A stretch of 64,000 nt of DNA from positions 6,657 to 70,656 of the IMG/VR virus record IMGVR_UViG_3300040801_003310; one strand, written 5' to 3'. The notes beneath the pieces were generated by a model. The model saw only the letters and a program-made list of their open reading frames with translations, ran no database searches and had not been told where the DNA came from. Positions 16,774-25,903 of the stretch are shown here, piece by piece. Source of the DNA: a virus. Position numbers and translations under genes: made by a program. Positions within the stretch are counted from its first letter, which is position 1, and each line of letters begins with the position of its first letter.

Positions 16774-19482
16774 TTAAAATTCAAATAACGTTGAAAATGT
16801 AGTTGACATGTCTGTATGTGCAGCAATGTCCCAATCCAATACGCCTAATAAGTTTTCTACCTTCTGATCAACTACCGTTATTTCCATGGTCTCATCATCA
16901 TACGGCAAATCTTTAAACCACTGTGGAATATTGTGTTCGTCTGTCGGTCTGGCAATACTTGTTATTCCCAATGCATTAGGTTTAAGTTTACAGATAATTG
17001 CTTTCATCCCATCTTGCATTTCTGTAGTATAATTATCGCCATTGAGTCGACGGAGTTTATTATAGTTATACCCAGCACGAACATGCCCTGGCAATCTTGC
17101 CGAAGTACCGTGCTTTCGAATCGAGTCTTCTTCTAATGCTGTATATTTGGTTAAGTTATTAATACGTTTAGGCGAGCCTTTTTCCCAAGGAGGAATATTC
17201 GTGAACTCACTTTTAAACGTTATTACTTTTTCAATAATTTTTTCTCTGTCGGCCCCAGTTAGTACATCATACAATAGTTCTTTAAGAAATTCTTGAATAA
17301 TATAAGGAGTATCAGATCTCTTTAAGTCTAACCCCATGGCCTTAATTTCGCCGGGCGTTCCGTCTTTGTCTTTGCGCTTACCTTCTTTATCAACAACCAT
17401 AATGGCATAACGCTTCTTAGTTATAAACAACGCATTAGATCCAACTACCTCCCGGCCGCACTTAATAAGGCTACCTTTGTCTTCTGGGCAATGAAATGCT
17501 TTGCTCATAAATGCAGGAAAAGACTTATTAACTTCATCTGCAATAGAATCATATAATGAAATTGCTATATCAGCATTCCATTCTTGCTCACCACGAGCAA
17601 TAGCGTCCTGTAATACAGGCCAGGCTGAGAAATATGCCGAATCGGTATCGCCATATATAATGCATTGTCCTGTATGATCATATTCGCCAGTTAAACATTC
17701 GTTAACATAAGCATCCATGTGCTTGGCAATAGCACGACCGGTCAATGTGGTTGACTGTCCGATACGCTTGTCAAAGAATCGACAATGTGGATTTAGAAGT
17801 GCGCCATATAGAGAGTTAAGGTTGATCTTCTTAACTAACTGGCGCTTGTCCCAATACTCTTCTGCTACAGCGTCGCCTGTTGCAATCGCTTCCTTGAGTT
17901 TCTTTTGCATTTCTTTGCGTTCGGAATACCATCTAGCCAATAGACCGGGTATAATTCCGTCTTTTTCAAACGTAAAGATTGTACCATTGGCTGTTATGCC
18001 CCATTTACAATCTTCGTTGAAAACCATATTATATACGTCGCGGGCGGTATGTTTTGTTGCCTGGCCGTTTTGCCAATCTATAATAATTTCGGTGGTTGGA
18101 TCTTTTTCCATAACTTTACTATATTCTAGCGAACCAAACAATCCTTCCCATGCGGCAGCAAAAGATTTTCCTTTACGCATTTTACCTTTGGCATTAGGCT
18201 TATCTGCCATTTGCTCTTCGATATACTTGTCGGTCATCACTGGGCGTAATTGTCCAACAATAGTTTCGTTGGTCATGTTTAGAGCGCGAATGGCCGACGG
18301 ATAAAGTGAATTGATGTCAACCGAACCAATCCATTTGTGCAATCCTTTCTTAGGATAAGCGACATAGGCGCCTGCGGCTTGAGTTTCACCTTCGCCCGGT
18401 CGTACCTTGTCTGGTACAACCATTCCTCGTTCGTGTGTTTCGTTAATAATTGCTTGCTCAGTAACTGCAACAGCACCCATAGTTTTAGGAATAAGGACCG
18501 TGTTTGCATGTGCAACAGCATTGGCTAAGTCGATGAACTTTAGTTTCTTGTCCAGCTTAAACAATAAGTGAGCATCTTGACGGTTATAATCAATAAATGT
18601 GGGGAAGTCATTATTGTAAAGCTGATCTAATGTACCCTCATATGCTACCTTGCGTTCATCTAATTCATACTCGCCGATTGCATCTAAGCTATAGGAATGC
18701 ATTTCGTGATAGGTATACTTGCGATATAATTGCATGTAATCTAAATGTATACGACCAACAAGATCATATGTCACTTGTTCAGCGCCGAACCTTTCAAATG
18801 TTCTTTTCTTAGGAAGTTTGTTCCAAAGACAAAATTTCCTGGTATCGTCTTTACTCAAAACTCGAGTAATACGATTAACCATGTATGGTACGTCATACCC
18901 TTCGCTGTTCCACCCGCTTATAACATCAGCGTCTTCGATTATATCTAAAAAGTCTTTGAGCAATTGCGCTTCATCTTTATACAAAAATGTATTATCAAAT
19001 GCTTCGGCAATTTCTTGTGCTTCTTCCCATGAAATGCCTTTAGGTGGTACCGCCAAGGTAATAAGTTGATCCATCCAATCAAGATAAATCGATACCGCCG
19101 TGACTGCGTTAAACGGGTCAGTGACCGGCGAGAAACCTTTTTCGTGATGAAAGTCTACCTCGATATCAAAAAACGCTATTTGCAGTTTTGGCGCATCGAT
19201 GTTTTTATAGAAACTTTCTAATACTCGAGCAATCGGTGTAAAATCCGATTCATACAATTTTTTACCAGACATCATTCTTTTTTCACGTTGGAATGACTTA
19301 TTTGTTCTGGTTGTAAACTTTGAAACCGGATCACCGTAAATCGAGAGAAATTTCCCTTTTGGATCGTCGTAGTAAAATGTGTATTCGGCCGGGAAGGTCT
19401 TGTATATCCGTTTTCCGTCAACCCGTTCAACTACGTTGACTACATCACTCTCTTTCTCGTAGTAGGCATCAACAAAGCTCAT
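16774..19482 (-). CDS. Family B DNA polymerase (T4 gp43-like)
   Basis: Exo FFDIEV, GWNSEGYD, YNRQD; pol DINSLYPS, KINLNSLYG, YGDTDS, KKRYA. Confidence 0.97.
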   Translation of the reverse strand: MSFVDAYYEKESDVVNVVERVDGKRIYKTFPAEYTFYYDDPKGKFLSIYGDPVSKFTTRTNKSFQREKRMMSGKKLYESDFTPIARVLESFYKNIDAPKLQIAFFDIEVDFHHEKGFSPVTDPFNAVTAVSIYLDWMDQLITLAVPPKGISWEEAQEIAEAFDNTFLYKDEAQLLKDFLDIIEDADVISGWNSEGYDVPYMVNRITRVLSKDDTRKFCLWNKLPKKRTFERFGAEQVTYDLVGRIHLDYMQLYRKYTYHEMHSYSLDAIGEYELDERKVAYEGTLDQLYNNDFPTFIDYNRQDAHLLFKLDKKLKFIDLANAVAHANTVLIPKTMGAVAVTEQAIINETHERGMVVPDKVRPGEGETQAAGAYVAYPKKGLHKWIGSVDINSLYPSAIRALNMTNETIVGQLRPVMTDKYIEEQMADKPNAKGKMRKGKSFAAAWEGLFGSLEYSKVMEKDPTTEIIIDWQNGQATKHTARDVYNMVFNEDCKWGITANGTIFTFEKDGIIPGLLARWYSERKEMQKKLKEAIATGDAVAEEYWDKRQLVKKINLNSLYGALLNPHCRFFDKRIGQSTTLTGRAIAKHMDAYVNECLTGEYDHTGQCIIYGDTDSAYFSAWPVLQDAIARGEQEWNADIAISLYDSIADEVNKSFPAFMSKAFHCPEDKGSLIKCGREVVGSNALFITKKRYAIMVVDKEGKRKDKDGTPGEIKAMGLDLKRSDTPYIIQEFLKELLYDVLTGADREKIIEKVITFKSEFTNIPPWEKGSPKRINNLTKYTALEEDSIRKHGTSARLPGHVRAGYNYNKLRRLNGDNYTTEMQDGMKAIICKLKPNALGITSIARPTDEHNIPQWFKDLPYDDETMEITVVDQKVENLLGVLDWDIAAHTDMSTTFSTLFEF

Positions 19483-19748
19483 TACTCAGCACGACCTACT
19501 GTTTCTAAAATAGTTTCTAATAGATCGTAATCGTCACGTGCAATTTGGAAGTTAGACTTATATGCAGTTTTAACCGCTTTCTTTAAGATAGCAGGTTTAA
19601 TTTCCATTTCTTCTGCGATAGCTTTAATGGTATCATTTAGGCCACCGTTGAGAACTTCTATTTCTCCCAATACACCAACACCTTCGTTAATTAAACTAGT
19701 TAATTTAGCCTTTTCTTCTGGTGTAAAAATTTTGTCTGACATGTACAT
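19482..19748 (-). CDS. T4 DsbA-like dsDNA-binding protein
   Basis: 88 aa helical protein, LINEG...IKAIAEEMEIKPAILKKAVKTAYK; adjacent to the polymerase. Confidence 0.6.
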   Translation of the reverse strand: MYMSDKIFTPEEKAKLTSLINEGVGVLGEIEVLNGGLNDTIKAIAEEMEIKPAILKKAVKTAYKSNFQIARDDYDLLETILETVGRAE

Positions 19749-19769
19749 ATTCTCCTTTAATAATAGTTA

Positions 19770-19798
19770 ATTATAACAAATTGCGAGAGGACAGTCAA
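19770..19798 (-). promoter_or_regulatory. Sigma70 promoter for the polymerase operon
   Basis: TTGACT-N17-TATAAT. Confidence 0.8.
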
Positions 19799-19830
19799 AA
19801 ATATAGGCATCGATTCGATGCCTATATTTT
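19798..19830 (-). terminator. Intrinsic terminator
   Basis: Perfect 15-bp inverted repeat AAAATATAGGCATCG-ATT-CGATGCCTATATTTT after the 903-aa gene. Confidence 0.75.
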
Positions 19831-19844
19831 ACCAAAATGAGAGA

Positions 19845-22556
19845 TTACTGACCTAGTCCTAACGTATGAACGTCGTCGACTGGACCGCCAGGTAGATCAA
19901 TGCCTTTCTTTTGCGCAAGCATTCGAACCTTAAGCAGTTTTTGTTTAATTGCTGGTGATTGTCCTGTTCTCTTGTAAAGCCCTAATAGGTTAGTCCAGGC
20001 ATCTTTAATGTCTTGTACTTCTTTTGTGCCACCAATCTCAGCACGAGCTTTCTGTCCGCCACGATTTATACCGTGTGTTTTTGCTTTACCCGCCCATTCT
20101 GGACTCCCGGTAAATTCAAAATCTTTTGGTTGATCCATTGGATCATCAATCTGGAAAGTTGCAATCGATTCCGTGATTTTATTTAAATAACCGAAAAATT
20201 TTCTTTGCTCGTTAAATTGATTATAATCTTTTGAATCTAAATACTTTTTGCTTGCTATATCTGCCAACTCAGTTGGTGTTAAATTAAATGTCTTGGCAAG
20301 AGTTTCAAGCCCCCGAATTTCTTCTGGCTTCTTTCCGTTATCAAGCATACGGGCCAAGTTTTTAAGATTTACTTTCTTTTCAATGTATGAGACCGGCCAT
20401 GACTCTTTAAGATTCTCGCCTTGCGCGATCCAACCATCCTGTGCTAAATCTTCAACGGAGGATCCACGAACTACTCCGCCGTCATTGAACACCATTGCAT
20501 GCTCGCCAGACTCTGGATTTACTGCATGTAATGCAATTTCGGTCACTGGGTTATCTTTTGTTGCTAAGCGACGACGAACATATACAACACCATCGAACTC
20601 GAATCCCATGCTATCCGCCGCTTCTTGCTGGAGTTGGTTTGGCGTAGTGTCTGGAGCTTCTGTTAAATCCTCCATAGCGAAATAAACATCCGGCATTACT
20701 TCATCTTTTTTCTTATTTTTTTCAGTGCTAGGTTTACTTGGACCAAACTTTTTAGCTTTTGGATTACGAGCCTTTTCCGAATCGGCTTGTGCAAAGTTAA
20801 TCGCTTGTGCCATGTCTTCGTCAAAAATAGTATCATAGTCGCTGGTTAAAATATGATATGGCGCACCTTTAGCAATGTTAGCCTTTACCTTTTCTAAACG
20901 TGGATCGTCTGGTTTGTAATAGTATTTTTTGCCACCGTCGATATGCTGGACAATTACTTTACCTGTTGGGTCAATGCCGTCGCCTTTCTTACCGTAGGAC
21001 TTAACGGTAACATCCATGTCTGCTATGCTTTCGCCTGTAATGCGACCAACTGAGTCACGCTTTGGTGCAGCCGCTGCAATTTCCTCAGACCACGGAATAA
21101 CTTGAAAGTTAGGATCAATTTTGAAGTTTACTGCTTTACCGTGTGGTCGTGTAAGTGCTTTGCGATATGTGTTATTTCCAGTTTTAACTAGTGCAAGTTC
21201 TGTATTATTGGGATTGTAAAATCTAAAACCACGCTTGATTTTATAGAACGGAACTGTTCCGTCCATGTCGGCCATGCCTTCGCCTGCGATCTTTTTGTAT
21301 TTCTTTTGTGCTTTAAACGCAATGCGAGCATCACGAGCAGCATCCTCATCGCCAAAGTGTTTAGCATATTCGGCATCTAAGTTACCCGAGAAGCCATAAT
21401 CATCTGCACGATTCTTGGCTTTGCGCTTACCGTAGCCTGGGACAAACTTACGAGCCATTCCTTCAATGCCTCTGGCTTCTTCGACATCCTCATACCATCC
21501 TTTGTTTGCGTTCTGACCATACCAACCTTTACCTGTCTTAGACGAGTCTGGTGCATTATATGCATCGTACTCTTCATGACTTAGGTACATATCGGTGTCT
21601 GGATCATAATATCGACCTTCGCGTGGGTCATAATATAAAACTTTTCCTGAGGTAGTACGGAAAGGACCTTCAAGTCCGTCTCGCTCTTGATAACGATCGT
21701 CAATTGGCGGCAATACTGAATACCCTTCTTTTAATTTCGAAAGTGCTTCTTTTTCTGCTGCCGCGGCATTCCATCCTTTGGACATATAATCTTTTAGTAA
21801 TGAGACCATCTCTGGATTGTCAGCATACTTGTTAAGCATTTTTTCCTTAGCAGCGAGCATTGCTTCCATATCGCGCTTCTGGCCTTCTGCACCCCAACCT
21901 TCTCTAACTTTGTCGGTATCTTCTTTAGTGGCCGGTCGCTTGCCTTTTGACCACGGACCAGGAATTGTCATGCGTGATGGGTCCGGGTGTGGATTACTAA
22001 TATAATCATCTGGACGTTTAAAATCAATGCCTAGGTGCTGCAAATCTTTCATAATAAAACTAAGTTCTTGTATATCAATATTGGTGATTTTATTGATTAT
22101 ACGCTCGCGCTGTCGCGCTGGCAATTCTTTTGCTTTTGGGTGTGTTTGCATCAAACGAATCATTGCTTTTCGTGGATCGCCTCTGACCCCGTACCAAATT
22201 CCGTAACGTGGATCTAAATCTTTGAACTTTTTACTTTCTTCTTGTACTTCATTTTTTGTTACGTTTTTAATTGGGCCTTTGTATGTATTGCCGTTTTCGT
22301 GCTTAATCCAGACGCTATACTCGTCCATGTCAATAATGGTACCGTAGAAGCCAGCACCGCCTTTAGCACCAAATCCTAAGTGTACCTTATCTCCAACTTG
22401 TAAAGAATCGTCTTCTACAATTTCGGTTTCAGCTACAGCCTCGTCAATGTCTGCTTCCGACATGCATGTACGCTTCTTAAGTTTTTGTAAGCGTCCTTCG
22501 CTTTCTTTTAACTTCTTAGGCCCTTTCATGCCTTCAAACATTTCAAATAGTTTCAT
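19845..22556 (-). CDS. Putative internal head polyprotein (multiple [ILV]-x-E cleavage sites)
   Basis: MKLFEMFE N-terminus; sites LKE/S, VRE/G, LKE/G, LTE/A, ITE/S separate unrelated small modules. Confidence 0.6.
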   Translation of the reverse strand: MKLFEMFEGMKGPKKLKESEGRLQKLKKRTCMSEADIDEAVAETEIVEDDSLQVGDKVHLGFGAKGGAGFYGTIIDMDEYSVWIKHENGNTYKGPIKNVTKNEVQEESKKFKDLDPRYGIWYGVRGDPRKAMIRLMQTHPKAKELPARQRERIINKITNIDIQELSFIMKDLQHLGIDFKRPDDYISNPHPDPSRMTIPGPWSKGKRPATKEDTDKVREGWGAEGQKRDMEAMLAAKEKMLNKYADNPEMVSLLKDYMSKGWNAAAAEKEALSKLKEGYSVLPPIDDRYQERDGLEGPFRTTSGKVLYYDPREGRYYDPDTDMYLSHEEYDAYNAPDSSKTGKGWYGQNANKGWYEDVEEARGIEGMARKFVPGYGKRKAKNRADDYGFSGNLDAEYAKHFGDEDAARDARIAFKAQKKYKKIAGEGMADMDGTVPFYKIKRGFRFYNPNNTELALVKTGNNTYRKALTRPHGKAVNFKIDPNFQVIPWSEEIAAAAPKRDSVGRITGESIADMDVTVKSYGKKGDGIDPTGKVIVQHIDGGKKYYYKPDDPRLEKVKANIAKGAPYHILTSDYDTIFDEDMAQAINFAQADSEKARNPKAKKFGPSKPSTEKNKKKDEVMPDVYFAMEDLTEAPDTTPNQLQQEAADSMGFEFDGVVYVRRRLATKDNPVTEIALHAVNPESGEHAMVFNDGGVVRGSSVEDLAQDGWIAQGENLKESWPVSYIEKKVNLKNLARMLDNGKKPEEIRGLETLAKTFNLTPTELADIASKKYLDSKDYNQFNEQRKFFGYLNKITESIATFQIDDPMDQPKDFEFTGSPEWAGKAKTHGINRGGQKARAEIGGTKEVQDIKDAWTNLLGLYKRTGQSPAIKQKLLKVRMLAQKKGIDLPGGPVDDVHTLGLGQ

Positions 22557-23188
22557 TATTCAATATCCTGATTCTGACCAATTTTATACTGGACTTCTAA
22601 AATATCTTCGTACACTTCTTGTAATAATGTTTCGTCTTTACATTGCTTAACTAATTGAGTTAGATCTTTTATTTCAATATATATTTCACGTTTAATTTTC
22701 TTAGACTTGCCTTCAGCTAAATCATAAGTGCCTTTATCGTTTTGGTGTAACTTCTTCTTTTCTTTGCCCTGTACTTCTTTATCGTTGTTTTCAATTTCGT
22801 TAAAAGAACGCAAGATGTCGCTAAACGATTGCTTTTTACCTAATGTCTCTTCATCAATTGGCTCTTCGGAAATTACTTCCTCGCCAGCATCCGGATCGCC
22901 TTCTTCGCCGCCTACTAGGTAATTGCTAGCCGGGTGTTTACTATCACTATTTTTACCCATTTTGTGACTACCAGGCATATATGGCTTATAATGTGCGCCA
23001 GGGCCACCGCCAATTTTTTCGCCGCCTTCGTTAATGGTCTCTTCAGTTACAGCATGAAAATTCCTTAAAATATCTAGCATTGGATCCGCGGATCCTTGGG
23101 CACCGTTAGTTGATGCTTTATTAGCCATTCTTTGCTGTCCGGCGTGGTCGAAACCTTTAAGTATTTTATTCATCATTGGATCATTCAT
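22556..23188 (-). CDS. Putative head-associated processed protein
   Basis: Low-complexity, acidic; VTE, INE/G, IDE, LAE/G sites. Confidence 0.55.
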   Translation of the reverse strand: MNDPMMNKILKGFDHAGQQRMANKASTNGAQGSADPMLDILRNFHAVTEETINEGGEKIGGGPGAHYKPYMPGSHKMGKNSDSKHPASNYLVGGEEGDPDAGEEVISEEPIDEETLGKKQSFSDILRSFNEIENNDKEVQGKEKKKLHQNDKGTYDLAEGKSKKIKREIYIEIKDLTQLVKQCKDETLLQEVYEDILEVQYKIGQNQDIE

Positions 23189-24375
23189 TATTTTACTCCC
23201 ATTTTAGGCTGGCGCTTACCTTTACCACGCGGAGTACGCGGCTCTTTTAACTTTGCGCCTTTTACAAATTCATCGTATGGCAATTTTTTATATTGCTTTT
23301 CTTCTTTAGATTCGTATGCATCGTAATCTTTAAGCATTGGGTCTTCTGGGTCAATTTCAAAGTCTTCAGGCTCGTCAAATCCATGACTGAACAATAAATC
23401 TTCTAATTGGCCTAGGTACTTCTCTTCAATAAACATCATGTCGCCTTGCCAATCAAAATCAAATTTGGAGTAAGCAAGTTCCATTGCGTTCTCGTTGTTA
23501 AACACGACTTCAATCATTTCGTCGCCCATAGCTTCGTGAACTTTCTTTTTAGCAGTGAACATGCTACGCAATACACGAATAGAGCCTTTCTGATAGTCAC
23601 CATTGATATCAATGATGTAAGACTTTGGAGCACCTTTATATGAGCCGTGATGTATCTCACCGATTGTCCCTTCCGTGCCTTTGCGTGGCCCGCGTGTGAT
23701 AACTACCCAATCACCTGGCTTTAATGCCTCGTTGACTGCTTCAATAGACTCGCGTATTTGCACTACCTTAACCATTTCCTTATGGCCGTACTTTCTGTTC
23801 CATGCTGCTGCCCATTTCTCAGCTGACTCCTGATCAGGGTAAGTGCGTATCCAGCCGCCAACTTTAGTATCAACCACTGCAAAATTAGTATTTTTACTAC
23901 CACCTAAATTAGAACCGGTCTGCAATAAATCATCATCGGCATCTTCGCCAAAGAGTCCTTTGTGCTTTTTCTCGCGGTGAATTGTTCCGCCCATTGGAGC
24001 CGATACAGAAGCTACTGCTCCTGCACTTGACGCGCCTGCGGATGCTGTTTCACCAACAGCTTCTTTATATTTCCTGGATGTTTTTTGCTGTTTAACAAAG
24101 TGATTAAATGCAGCCTGCGGGTCATTTTTAACCTTTATAGAACGTTGTGCTCCGTTGTTCATATAAATAAACAAATCGCCCGGGCCCATATAATCATCTG
24201 ACGCCCATGCAGCATTGCCTACTACTTGCCCTGTCTTATTATTAACAATTTCGTAGTCGGTGCTTTTAACATTGATATCTGGTACATAGTCTACTTCGCT
24301 GCCCGGCTCTAAAAATTTTGATCGGTTAACAGCCCGCAGCGTATATCCTTCTGTAATAAACTCTTTTGCTCTCAT
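23188..24375 (-). CDS. Putative internal head polyprotein with KOW-like module
   Basis: MRAKEFITE/G; VGE/TASAGASSAGAVA; VNE/ALKPGDWVVITRGPRKG; VHE/A. Confidence 0.6.
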   Translation of the reverse strand: MRAKEFITEGYTLRAVNRSKFLEPGSEVDYVPDINVKSTDYEIVNNKTGQVVGNAAWASDDYMGPGDLFIYMNNGAQRSIKVKNDPQAAFNHFVKQQKTSRKYKEAVGETASAGASSAGAVASVSAPMGGTIHREKKHKGLFGEDADDDLLQTGSNLGGSKNTNFAVVDTKVGGWIRTYPDQESAEKWAAAWNRKYGHKEMVKVVQIRESIEAVNEALKPGDWVVITRGPRKGTEGTIGEIHHGSYKGAPKSYIIDINGDYQKGSIRVLRSMFTAKKKVHEAMGDEMIEVVFNNENAMELAYSKFDFDWQGDMMFIEEKYLGQLEDLLFSHGFDEPEDFEIDPEDPMLKDYDAYESKEEKQYKKLPYDEFVKGAKLKEPRTPRGKGKRQPKMGVK

Positions 24376-24659
24376 AGTATCCTAAATCTTGTATTATCTA
24401 TTACTTCGCCGGGCCCAAAATGTATATGCGTGTTACTAATTTTAAACTCTGCTAATTGCGGCCCAACTTTTTCTAATCTAATAGTATATTCGCCCGGGCT
24501 TCCTAATATTTGCAACATTTCTCTAATATAGTGTTGATCGCTATAGTTATATGTACGTTCAGTCATTAATTCATGATTGACATAAATTCTATATTCTGGT
24601 GGGAATCCTGCCCACTTACACGATAAATCAAACACCACTTTTACAAATTTTGCTGCCAT
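24372..24659 (-). CDS. Hypothetical late protein
   Basis: Start reassigned to MAAKFVKV, 4 nt after TAAATA. Confidence 0.65.
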   Translation of the reverse strand: MAAKFVKVVFDLSCKWAGFPPEYRIYVNHELMTERTYNYSDQHYIREMLQILGSPGEYTIRLEKVGPQLAEFKISNTHIHFGPGEVIDNTRFRIL

Positions 24660-24666
24660 ACAGTAT

Positions 24667-25083
24667 TTATGGCAATAACACTGTAAACCTTTCTCCATTA
24701 CGGACGTCAACATGCAAATAGTCGTCGCCCGTCATAATCGTAGTTATATACTCAAATTCTTTTAGCGCAGATCCGTTCAAAATGTCATTTTTTACTTCTG
24801 CAATATCAAAATTTTCAAATCTGATATTTGCTGCACGACCAAATGCGTGCTGACTGAAGCCATTATGGAATGGACATTCTGGCGTCCGCAGCCCATTCCA
24901 TTCGTGTTCGCCGCCATATGCCCAATCATTTATCAGCATTGGTCCATAAACATCACGCATTCTATCCATTGTTATTAATAGCCGTTCGTCGAGCAATTCC
25001 CAACCGCAATTGCCGCACTGATTATAAATGTGCCTCGGCACAAAATCTTGAAGTTTAAACCAACCACTTGTATATAAACGCAT
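24667..25083 (-). CDS. Peptidase M15-like (D-Ala-D-Ala peptidase/endolysin fold) protein
   Basis: GLRTP...SQHAFGRAAN...LHVDVR. Confidence 0.7.
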   Translation of the reverse strand: MRLYTSGWFKLQDFVPRHIYNQCGNCGWELLDERLLITMDRMRDVYGPMLINDWAYGGEHEWNGLRTPECPFHNGFSQHAFGRAANIRFENFDIAEVKNDILNGSALKEFEYITTIMTGDDYLHVDVRNGERFTVLLP

Positions 25084-25085
25084 AA

Positions 25086-25298
25086 TTATGTCCACGGTCT
25101 GCCATCAACTAACCCGCCCGCATTTGGATTATCAACCAATGGGTCAGTATTATTACCAGCTGGATAGCGAGTTGGTAATTGGGTTACATCGAGAGTATCT
25201 CGACGACCTGTTGTACCGCGTTTTGCCGCTGCTGCTGCCAATTTCGCATCTTGTCTATCACGCTTTAACGGTAATGTTGAAATGCCATTTGCTGCCAT
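25086..25298 (-). CDS. Small hypothetical (probably virion) protein
   Basis: GAGG SD; MAANGISTL...GRPW. Confidence 0.7.
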   Translation of the reverse strand: MAANGISTLPLKRDRQDAKLAAAAAKRGTTGRRDTLDVTQLPTRYPAGNNTDPLVDNPNAGGLVDGRPWT

Positions 25299-25315
25299 AA
25301 TTTACCTCTTAATTT

Positions 25316-25903
25316 TCATCCGTAAATCCACTTATCTACTAACTTGTATTTAATGTTAAATGCACTCATAAACAATTGTAATTCATGTAAGCACTCATGA
25401 CGTCCACCACCACCCATTAACGATCCACTCAGCTTGTGTAAATCAGCAATGTTAATATCTGGAACATAAATGTTGTCGTCATATAGTTCGCTTCGCCAGG
25501 AATCGCCAACTAATTCTGCTAATTCCTCTTCTTCTATATCGCGACTATCGTTCAAATTGTTCATTACTAAATGACGAACAACTTTAATGATATCACGATT
25601 ATCAACGCCCATATCCATCCAGTTACGCAAAAAGGCATAAGTCTTTTCGCGGTACTTTACCCGACGGGCAATATTTTCATCTAATCCATATTCTATATAA
25701 TGCCAGGCTACTTCATCAACGGTGTCTTCGATACCAACGTCCTCGCCGTTGAAAAAGCAAGTAATAAATGCTGGGCGTTTTTGATTAATAAATTCGCATG
25801 CGTTCTCAATCGCATCGTCGTAACCTGCGGTCTTCATGTAAGCAGGTTGGAAGTCAACTAAGATAACGCTATTTTGATTAGCCTCTGTTATTATTGACCT
25901 CAT
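25316..25903 (-). CDS. Cysteine-hydrolase (isochorismatase/nicotinamidase)-like protein
   Basis: VILVDFQPAY, EKTY (Lys), GGGRHECLHE (Cys); N-terminal IITE/A. Confidence 0.6.
   Translation of the reverse strand: MRSIITEANQNSVILVDFQPAYMKTAGYDDAIENACEFINQKRPAFITCFFNGEDVGIEDTVDEVAWHYIEYGLDENIARRVKYREKTYAFLRNWMDMGVDNRDIIKVVRHLVMNNLNDSRDIEEEELAELVGDSWRSELYDDNIYVPDINIADLHKLSGSLMGGGGRHECLHELQLFMSAFNIKYKLVDKWIYG

Noticed and set aside
16774-19482. Intein or intron in the DNA polymerase
   Set aside because: 902 aa is normal gp43 length, motifs are contiguous, no intein or homing-endonuclease signatures
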